Positions 57,490-64,000 of a stretch of 64,000 nucleotides of DNA are shown here, piece after piece. Source of the DNA: a virus (taxonomy: Duplodnaviria; Caudoviricetes). The stretch covers positions 1 to 64,000 of the IMG/VR virus record IMGVR_UViG_3300020172_000524. One strand, 5' to 3'. The translations under genes and the position numbers were made by a program. The notes below the pieces were generated by a model. That model saw only the letters and a list, made by a program, of their open reading frames with translations, made no database searches and was not told the DNA's origin. How positions within the stretch are numbered: position 1 is the stretch's first letter; the number at the start of each line of letters is the position of its first letter.

Positions 57490-58435
57490 TCCAGTAGTCC
57501 TCCATTGTATATGCCCACATATCGTTTTCTGAGTGCCATTTTAAGCGTTGAATTGCTTGGTGGAACCCTTCATACTCCTTACCTAAGTAAGTGCCTCCCA
57601 TCTTTCCTAAATCCATTAGCTTGTCTGACATCTCATAGATCAAAGGACTACCTGGATACTTCTGACTTTCTACAATAAATCTAAAGTTATGTATAGTCAA
57701 GTTCTCTCCGTAGATACTTAGGTCTGTTTGTTTAAGAGCTTCTGTGTAAAAGGCTGCTTGGAAATCATACCTGTGCTTAAGCAACATCTCTATCCAGTAG
57801 TTTAAAGAAGTTGTGGTTGTCTTAAGGTCAATAGGATATAGGATGTTGTTCACTGTGTCAACTACCACTAAATCCAAAAGACCCTTACAAGCAACTCCTT
57901 CGTATTCAAACTGAAGAGACTGTTGGGTAAATACTTTAAACTGTGAATTCCCTACTACGTACTTAGAAGTAAAGGGACTCATCTTAAGAGTGTTGGCTAC
58001 GTTCTGAATAGTTGCATACTGAATAGGACTTACTACTTTCTTTCCTTCTCCAGCAATCAAATCATCGTAATAGGCTTTACCCTCTTTCTCGAATCTCTCT
58101 CTTACTTTAGGGAGAGTATCACGCTTAAATCCTGCTAATTCGTAGGCTATGTTTTCTGCCATAGTATCATTACGATTAGCAAATAGATGCCATACGAAGT
58201 CTCCCATCTGTCCTGTAGGTCTTTCTACAGTAGTGAAATAGAATTGCTCCATAAATACATCTTCTCCTTGAGTTAATAATAAATCTACTCCGTCACCTAT
58301 AACTGTTACTTCTGCTGGTTCATCCATGTCAGAATTAGGATCGTAGTTAATATAAAGGTTAGGGTGTAAAAGTATTTTCTTTAGCCTACTCTGGCTTTGT
58401 GCTGTGTTGGATAAATAATCCTCGTCTAAAATCAT
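57467..58435 (-). CDS. PD-(D/E)xK exonuclease (RecE/exonuclease VIII-like)
   Basis: SQSRLK, CKGLLDLVVVD...IDLKTT...YDFQAAFY motifs. Confidence 0.8.
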   Translation of the reverse strand: MILDEDYLSNTAQSQSRLKKILLHPNLYINYDPNSDMDEPAEVTVIGDGVDLLLTQGEDVFMEQFYFTTVERPTGQMGDFVWHLFANRNDTMAENIAYELAGFKRDTLPKVRERFEKEGKAYYDDLIAGEGKKVVSPIQYATIQNVANTLKMSPFTSKYVVGNSQFKVFTQQSLQFEYEGVACKGLLDLVVVDTVNNILYPIDLKTTTTSLNYWIEMLLKHRYDFQAAFYTEALKQTDLSIYGENLTIHNFRFIVESQKYPGSPLIYEMSDKLMDLGKMGGTYLGKEYEGFHQAIQRLKWHSENDMWAYTMEDYWNDGLRIV

Positions 58436-58623
58436 TGCTTCGTAAATTTAATAGTTAGTGTAAACCATAAGAACCCTAAATGAATACTAAACCTCTCTCT
58501 AGAGTTAGTGCGACTAAAAGTTAATATGGGTAAAGGATAGAAGAACCAATAAGGATAATCCCTTTGGCCTTTGGTTAGTTTGGAGTAGTTACTTACTTGA
58601 ATCTTCATGTCTTCTATCGTCAT
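58432..58623 (-). CDS. Small hydrophobic hypothetical protein
   Basis: 63 aa; ATGA-type coupling to the downstream gene. Confidence 0.5.
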   Translation of the reverse strand: MTIEDMKIQVSNYSKLTKGQRDYPYWFFYPLPILTFSRTNSRERFSIHLGFLWFTLTIKFTKQ

Positions 58624-58912
58624 ACTGAGACTTCTCTCTCATTATGTACGAGAGAAACATAGCGTTACACATTACATGTCCTAAGTGATCTATTCCTGAT
58701 TCAGGGTCTTTATCTTCTCCTGAAAGAAAAGCAAACATATGCCTAAGCAAGCTCTCGCTTACTTCACTTACAGGCATACCCTTACACCAATTCCATTTCT
58801 CGTATTTCTCTGCTCCAAATTCAAGGACTTCAACCATAGGCTCTAGAGACTTAAAATCTACTAAAGACCATTGTCTCTTTCCTTTGTTGTAGCGTAGTGC
58901 TTGTTCAGTCAT
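58589..58912 (-). CDS. DUF5664-like dATP/dGTP diphosphohydrolase-domain protein
   Basis: YNKGKRQWSLV...VLEFGAEKY..WNW.KG...SLLRH...GEDKDPESGIDHLGHVMCNAMFL. Confidence 0.8.
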   Translation of the reverse strand: MTEQALRYNKGKRQWSLVDFKSLEPMVEVLEFGAEKYEKWNWCKGMPVSEVSESLLRHMFAFLSGEDKDPESGIDHLGHVMCNAMFLSYIMREKSQYDDRRHEDSSK

Positions 58913-58914
58913 AG

Positions 58915-59187
58915 TTAACGCTTTAAAGCACCTGTAGTAGTTTTAGAAATAGGATAAGCAGGAACTACTGTAAGAACAACTCTTCCAAATTTCATAGGAA
59001 GAACATTAGTTACAATAGACATTACTTCATTACAGTTTACTATAGTTCCTAATTGAATAGTTTGACTGTACTCATCTCCATAATAGGTGACCATGTTTTC
59101 TCCATAAGCGTAGGAGTGTGCGACATCAGGGGAGCCAACAGCTTCCACTTTGTCTGATTCTGTGCGGGGTTCTATAATATATAACAT
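58915..59187 (-). CDS. Hypothetical protein
   Basis: 90-aa ORF filling the operon gap. Confidence 0.55.
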   Translation of the reverse strand: MLYIIEPRTESDKVEAVGSPDVAHSYAYGENMVTYYGDEYSQTIQLGTIVNCNEVMSIVTNVLPMKFGRVVLTVVPAYPISKTTTGALKR

Positions 59188-59192
59188 AATTT

Positions 59193-59630
59193 TTAGTCTA
59201 GTTCTGGTACTTCCACTCCCAGGATATCTCTTGCAAATACAATCACATCTTGTATAAACTTATGTACTTCGTCTTTCTTACCGTTAGATAAGGAGAGAGG
59301 AGTTTTAATAAACTGTCCTTGGAACATAGTCTCTTCGTAGAAGTACTTGTCTTTAAGGAATGTTACTACGTCCTCTTTGCTGTATACTTCGCCTGTAAGC
59401 GACTCAAAGCCTGCTTTTACTATAGGTACTAGGGTACTATAGAAATAAGCTAACTGAGGGTTTGTTTTCTTAGAATCTATTCTAGTAATACAAACTTCTA
59501 CATCTATACTCGGATCTTGTTTCATAAGTTCTTTAAAGTATGATTGCATTAACTCTTTATCTCCCTTAAGATAAACGTTACCATCTATATTAAGGGAGAG
59601 AGTTGCAGGTATGTAAACTCTATTTATCAT
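59193..59630 (-). CDS. NinB/YbcN-like recombination accessory protein
   Basis: KKTNPQLAYFY...SKEDV...LK...SLS...EVHKFIQDV...LGVEVP pattern. Confidence 0.55.
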   Translation of the reverse strand: MINRVYIPATLSLNIDGNVYLKGDKELMQSYFKELMKQDPSIDVEVCITRIDSKKTNPQLAYFYSTLVPIVKAGFESLTGEVYSKEDVVTFLKDKYFYEETMFQGQFIKTPLSLSNGKKDEVHKFIQDVIVFARDILGVEVPELD

Positions 59631-59880
59631 TAGTTCTCTTTTCTATTTCTTCCAAAAGCAAAAATGCTAACTCTTCGTCTTCTTCTATCTGGTTACTTAC
59701 GTTTCTCTTCTGCAAATATCCGTCTAAAATTTTAATAAAGTAAGCATTTTTTGCTTTTGCTTCGTTAATTGCTTTCCGTAAATCGTCATTAACAAACTCA
59801 CGGATAAACTGATACTGTGTGTTAACTGCTCTAGCAAGAAGATAAGTTCTTCTTACTTCTTTTATCTGTTCCTCTGTCAT
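59620..59880 (-). CDS. Hypothetical helical protein
   Basis: The ATG at 59880 lies 1 nt after the polA stop, within ORF 59620..59955. Confidence 0.6.
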   Translation of the reverse strand: MTEEQIKEVRRTYLLARAVNTQYQFIREFVNDDLRKAINEAKAKNAYFIKILDGYLQKRNVSNQIEEDEELAFLLLEEIEKRTNDK

Positions 59881-59881
59881 C

Positions 59882-61852
59882 TTACTTCTTCCAATATGGT
59901 GCAATACAGGGATCTGCTTTAAGAGGAACTCTCTTACAAAACTTAGCACCTGCATCTACCATTGCTTTTTCTAATTGTGCAGCAGCCTGTTGCGCAATTT
60001 CCTCAGGTGTTTCTATTAATATCTCATCGTGTATTATATTGACCATCAATACTTTAAACAATAAGTTATTAGGTACTAGATACTTAGTCCAGAAATACAC
60101 ACAAGCTAACTTAGTAATCTCTGCGGATTCACCTTGGATAGGATAGTTTAAAGACATGCGTTCAATGTCTCCACGTTTTCTAAAGAATTGACTTACCTTT
60201 TCTTTCATCTCTCTAGCCGTAGGTGTGTTTGCATTCTTCATCTGCTTGTACCTGTCCCAGAAATCTTTGTTCATCTCATTCTTAAGTTTAGAAAACTCAT
60301 CGTAGTAATCTACGTAAGACTTCTTACCTGTTACGGGTGAGATAAGAACATAGCCATTCTCTACACCAAACTTCTTTGCTTCAGTAAAATAAGCTGCTAA
60401 TCCTGGGAAGGCTCTAAAGTATGCATCATAGATAGACTGACCTTGTTCTACATTTAGTCCTAATTGATCTGCAATACCAATACCTGAGCCACCGTAGTTA
60501 ATAGCAAAGCCTGCAACTTTAGCTGATTGACGCTTATCCTTGTGTTTCTTTTTGATGTCATTAAGATCCATACCATCTAACTCAGGATACATCTTGCTCG
60601 CAATAAAGCTGTGCATATCACCTAAGTCATTATCGTAGAATTCTAAAAGGTTTTTATCTAGACACTTGTTAACTAATACAATTTGTTCTTGACCTGTATA
60701 GTCACAACCTACTAGAGTGTTTCCTTCTGATGCTACAAAGCAAGATCGAGTTTCTTGGTCTGAGGGAATGTTCTGAAAGTTAAAGTTCTTTACGTCTCCT
60801 GATTTACCACCACTAGATAAGCGTCCTGTGTTCATCAACTGCTTAAACTGTGTGTGGATTCTTCCGCTTACTGGATTAATTTGATCTATCCAGTTCTGTC
60901 CGTAAGTACCTATGTCCTTTTGAGCTCCCTTAAACTTTAAATAAAGCTCAATAATGGGGTATTTTGAGCTGTATTTTACTAGATGGTTAGCTTCAATGGT
61001 GTCTTTAGTCTTTCCTTTCTCTACTACCTTAGTGTTTACACCTAGTGCTTGAAAGAATTCTACTACCTGTGAAGGTGAGTTCCAATTCACATTAACCTTA
61101 GTCGAAGAAGAGAAGAGGTCAAGTTGAGAGTCGATAAACTTTTCCATCTTATTATCTAGGATGAATTGGTTTAACTGTGCTTCAGCTTCATCTGCTATGG
61201 CTTGTACTTTGTTTATCTTAGCTGTCCATTGCTCTACGTCTAGTTTCATTCCTGAATACTCGATGTAGGCTAGTACTAATACAAACTTATTGTCCAAATC
61301 AATGGACACTGAGGTACCATCTGCTAGCTGTAAGAACTCTTGTTTGTCCTTTAATTCGTGTAGATACTTTACGTCATACGCAGAGTATTTTACGAAACCT
61401 TCAGTAAGTCTACCTGTAATATTTAGTCGCTCTTCTTTGCTTAGTATGATTCCACAATGACGTAATACACAAGCAGCAAGTGAGCATCTATGGCTTTCTA
61501 TACCTAGGCGAGATGTTTTTTCTCCTAAGAAGGTATCATATACCTTTGTTGGAATTACCCTATAATGATAAAGGAATCTTAGGTCAAACTTTAAGTTATG
61601 ACCAATAAGACCCTTAGTCTCTAATAACTCTTTGTATTCGTTGATGTCAATCGTAGTTAAGTCTATTACGTATTGAACATCATTATCTCCTAACTGAAGA
61701 GTATACAGTTTAGTAGTGTAAGGATCGAAACCTGAGGTCTCTGTGTCCAAACCTATCCACTCTAACTTGTTTAAGTATTCGAGGGACTCTTGTACTGTAG
61801 TAAGGGTAATGTCGGGTAAGGAGATATCTTGTTTGGTAACTAGATATATCAT
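59882..61852 (-). CDS. polA: Family A DNA polymerase with a 3'-5' exonuclease domain
   Basis: Exo I DTETSG, Exo II HNLKFD, Exo III YSAYD; TGRLSS, NFQNIP, motif A DYTGQE, motif B RQSAKVAGFAINYG, motif C IHDE. Confidence 0.95.
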   Translation of the reverse strand: MIYLVTKQDISLPDITLTTVQESLEYLNKLEWIGLDTETSGFDPYTTKLYTLQLGDNDVQYVIDLTTIDINEYKELLETKGLIGHNLKFDLRFLYHYRVIPTKVYDTFLGEKTSRLGIESHRCSLAACVLRHCGIILSKEERLNITGRLTEGFVKYSAYDVKYLHELKDKQEFLQLADGTSVSIDLDNKFVLVLAYIEYSGMKLDVEQWTAKINKVQAIADEAEAQLNQFILDNKMEKFIDSQLDLFSSSTKVNVNWNSPSQVVEFFQALGVNTKVVEKGKTKDTIEANHLVKYSSKYPIIELYLKFKGAQKDIGTYGQNWIDQINPVSGRIHTQFKQLMNTGRLSSGGKSGDVKNFNFQNIPSDQETRSCFVASEGNTLVGCDYTGQEQIVLVNKCLDKNLLEFYDNDLGDMHSFIASKMYPELDGMDLNDIKKKHKDKRQSAKVAGFAINYGGSGIGIADQLGLNVEQGQSIYDAYFRAFPGLAAYFTEAKKFGVENGYVLISPVTGKKSYVDYYDEFSKLKNEMNKDFWDRYKQMKNANTPTAREMKEKVSQFFRKRGDIERMSLNYPIQGESAEITKLACVYFWTKYLVPNNLLFKVLMVNIIHDEILIETPEEIAQQAAAQLEKAMVDAGAKFCKRVPLKADPCIAPYWKK

Positions 61853-62493
61853 TTTAAAATGGGTCCTACTATCTTGTTATAATCATTTAAAGCCTGTTTA
61901 AGCTTTTCATACTTCTGCTCTTGTGAGTAGTTGCCTTGTTCAATATCCGTAAGGCAGGTTCTATACACATCGTAGATAAGCTTTCTATCGTGGTTACTTA
62001 ACTTAAGAATCTTATTCGAAAGTTGTAGCATGTCTTCTGTGGTATCTTCTCCCCATATTCTGTTTAGGGACTTACCTAAGTTCCATACGTGATGAGGGGT
62101 ATAAAGATTGCACTTAGGACAAGCGGGTAATAAGTTAGTTAAGTGATAACGAGTAGATACTTTAGTTCTACCTACAAAGTGAGCACATTGAAGTCCTTTA
62201 GGATCTAGAGTAATTTCACAAGCATGACACTTATTAATGTGTGCAGCCCTTACTAGCCATGATGTTATTTGGTCTAACCTGCTTTGGGTAATGGTTTCTT
62301 GCTTGATCTTACGTTTGATTTCTTTGCGGACTTTTTGCTTAGCTTTCTTTTCTTTTACTACGCATCCTGCACAAAGTCTCTTAGTCTTGTTGGCGATAGC
62401 TTTTACTTTACCGCACTCAGAGCAAGGCTTCTGCAAGTCTCTTTCTTCGGGATTTCCTTTTACAGGAACTTTCTTGATTGTTCTCTTTAACAT
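61849..62493 (-). CDS. NinG-like HNH/Zn-finger nuclease
   Basis: CHAC...QCAHFVGR...TRYHLTNLLPACPKCN, plus an N-terminal CxxC...CxxC. Confidence 0.75.
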   Translation of the reverse strand: MLKRTIKKVPVKGNPEERDLQKPCSECGKVKAIANKTKRLCAGCVVKEKKAKQKVRKEIKRKIKQETITQSRLDQITSWLVRAAHINKCHACEITLDPKGLQCAHFVGRTKVSTRYHLTNLLPACPKCNLYTPHHVWNLGKSLNRIWGEDTTEDMLQLSNKILKLSNHDRKLIYDVYRTCLTDIEQGNYSQEQKYEKLKQALNDYNKIVGPILK

Positions 62494-62499
62494 GGTCTA

Positions 62500-62507
62500 C
62501 AAATATA
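62500..62507 (-). promoter_or_regulatory. -7 element TATATTTG 6 nt upstream of the ATG at 62493
   Basis: Exact match directly downstream of a terminator. Confidence 0.6.
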
Positions 62508-62510
62508 ACT

Positions 62511-62540
62511 AAAAGAAAAGGGGATCTGTTGACCCCCTAA
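62511..62540 (-). terminator. Intrinsic terminator after the DUF932-like gene
   Basis: Minus strand GGGGG-tcaacagat-CCCC followed by TTTTCTTTT. Confidence 0.65.
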
Positions 62541-62562
62541 TCTTTTTTGGCATGCAAGAGAA

Positions 62563-63411
62563 TTACAAAGTTAATCTAGCTTCGTGTAAAGGAGTGTAGG
62601 TTTCAGAAATTAATTCTAAGCCTCTGTTGTTGATGTTGTAAGCTGTACCGTGGATCAAAGACTCACGCTTATGCTCTATACTCTTGTGTCCCATCATATA
62701 GTTAGTGAAACGAGTTGTAGCATTAAACAAAGCATAAGCTGTATTACCATGAGTGTTATACTCAGTAGCGATAGCTTGTTTGAAATCTAAAATACGATTT
62801 TTAGTACGAGAAGCTTCTCCATCACCTCCGATAATACCTACGATAAACTCGTCTGTAACTACCTCAGGAATGTTAATCTTACTCAATTCGATTAGCTTTT
62901 CAACAAACTGCTCTTCTTGAGTAAGAGAGTTTTGTAGTTGAGAGATGATAACTGCTAATCTTCCGTGAGAGTTCTTAGTATGTCTTACCCTCTGAGAGTC
63001 TCTTAGAGCCATGTAAAACGTGTTAGCACATACAACTGTCACATTGGTTGCTCCGAAGCCAATAGGAGCACTACCATCGTGTGAAGTAAGGGCTGTAAGA
63101 AACCTCTTATTGTCAGATCCACCGATAGTAACATCAGTTAGAGGGAATTGATAGTATACTTTCTGGCCGTCTCCTAAGAAACCACCTCTTTCTCCTGAGA
63201 TATTAACCCTAGCAGCAGCTTCTAAAAGCATGTCTAAGATTTCTTCATTCTGTGTAGGAACATATTTAGATCCTACAATACCTAAGCACTTGTTAGTATC
63301 TCCTCTGAAGATACCAAAAGCAGGAGTAGGTTCTCCGTTAGGACCTACTAGTTCACGTTTGTCTACTGTCCAGTTAGTCCTGGAGGTTTCTAATAATTGT
63401 TGTTTGTTCAT
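62563..63411 (-). CDS. DUF932-like phage/plasmid protein
   Basis: NWTVDKREL, LGIVGSKYVPTQNEE, TSHDGS, VVCANT, RHTKN and GNTAYALFNATT motifs. Confidence 0.8.
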   Translation of the reverse strand: MNKQQLLETSRTNWTVDKRELVGPNGEPTPAFGIFRGDTNKCLGIVGSKYVPTQNEEILDMLLEAAARVNISGERGGFLGDGQKVYYQFPLTDVTIGGSDNKRFLTALTSHDGSAPIGFGATNVTVVCANTFYMALRDSQRVRHTKNSHGRLAVIISQLQNSLTQEEQFVEKLIELSKINIPEVVTDEFIVGIIGGDGEASRTKNRILDFKQAIATEYNTHGNTAYALFNATTRFTNYMMGHKSIEHKRESLIHGTAYNINNRGLELISETYTPLHEARLTL

Positions 63412-63605
63412 AAGGCTGGTCTTTTAAATGTTTCAATAAAGTTTTGTAGTTCTTCTAATTCTTTAATTCTACCTTGTACTTCACAATATTCGTACTCGGT
63501 ACTTTGTTCCATTAGTTTGGTTTGTTTTACTCTTTCAGTAAAGTGTTCTATTAATTTAGATTTAAATTCTAAATGACTTAATGTCTCGAAATCTTGCCAA
63601 TTCAT
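63408..63605 (-). CDS. Hypothetical protein
   Basis: 65 aa; ATGA-type coupling; GRIKELEEL. Confidence 0.6.
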   Translation of the reverse strand: MNWQDFETLSHLEFKSKLIEHFTERVKQTKLMEQSTEYEYCEVQGRIKELEELQNFIETFKRPAL

Positions 63606-63610
63606 ATTTT

Positions 63611-64000
63611 TTATTTTAAGTTTTGTAGCCAGTCTATATCATCACGATTACTGGCCATTAGTATTTCGTTTATTCTTTTAAAGTGGTTACATTCCCACTT
63701 ACCTCCAGCGTATAGAGCAGCTGCAGGATGAGGTGCTACTAATACGTGATGAAACTTATCATCAATTAAAGGAGCAAACTTTAAAGCATCTTTACCCCAG
63801 AAACAAAAGATAAGTCCTGTAGTGCTTTCGTTTAAAGTTTTGAATACAGCTTCTGTAAATTGAGTCCAATGAGCTAGGTGAGAACCTGACTTACCTTCTT
63901 CGATAGTTAAAGCTGCGTTAATTAAGAGAACTCCTTGCTTAGCCCATGCTTCTAGGTCCATGTCAATAGGAAATGATAGTTCGTCTGGATAAATGTCTTC
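63611..64000 (-). CDS. ung: Uracil-DNA glycosylase family 1 (5'-truncated by the window edge)
   Basis: DLEAWAKQGVLLINAALT...SH...W...FWGKDA...HP...HF...N; the frame is open to position 64000. Confidence 0.9.
   Translation of the reverse strand, partial: EDIYPDELSFPIDMDLEAWAKQGVLLINAALTIEEGKSGSHLAHWTQFTEAVFKTLNESTTGLIFCFWGKDALKFAPLIDDKFHHVLVAPHPAAALYAGGKWECNHFKRINEILMASNRDDIDWLQNLK

Noticed and set aside
57467-58435. Cas4-like nuclease implying CRISPR adaptation
   Set aside because: It lacks the Fe-S cysteine cluster, there are no cas genes or array, and it fits a phage RecE-type exonuclease.
3649-61852. Introns or inteins in terL, capsid, RNAP or polA
   Set aside because: Each is one continuous ORF with motifs in the expected order. 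I saw no intein C...HN boundaries or LAGLIDADG motifs, and the RNAP has no internal Cys.
59882-61852. polA as a DpoZ-type (2-aminoadenine) polymerase
   Set aside because: No purZ in the window and no diagnostic feature I can identify by eye; a phylogeny would be needed.
1-64000. Stop-codon reassignment (TAG or TGA), known in some crAss-like phages
   Set aside because: Very long genes are intact in code 11, TAG and TGA end genes at sensible boundaries (e.g. 1022, 46383, 52448), and no suppressor tRNA was seen.

Overview
This 64-kb, AT-rich window is part of a crAss-like (Crassvirales-type) bacteriophage genome in the standard genetic code. The host is very likely a Bacteroidota bacterium, judging by TAnnTTTG promoters, A-rich leaders without Shine-Dalgarno sites, and signal peptides with Gln at +1. 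The + strand (about 1.8-55.4 kb) carries, in order: terminase, portal, putative scaffold, major capsid protein, the conserved crAss structural genes, Cys-rich tail genes, a tail stabilisation/muzzle protein, small basic cargo proteins, giant virion-packaged proteins including a DFDID-motif RNA polymerase, a holin with spanin-like genes, and a metallophosphoesterase. The - strand (55.5-64 kb) carries replication and nucleotide-metabolism genes: GroES-like, dCMP deaminase, PD-(D/E)xK nucleases, DUF5664-like, NinB/NinG-like, family A DNA polymerase, DUF932-like and UNG. The most striking observation is that four consecutive virion-packaged proteins (about 6,900 aa) contain only six cysteines by manual scan. 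All six sit at the facing C- and N-termini of neighbouring proteins, which suggests a head-to-tail, disulfide-linked ejection chain. Other leads are a ~270-nt structured non-coding region behind a Bacteroidota-type promoter, repeat-flanked swappable domains in the RNAP, and a shared RLKxAY/xxxGG motif in cargo proteins. All annotations come from motif reading and gene order; no database search was run.
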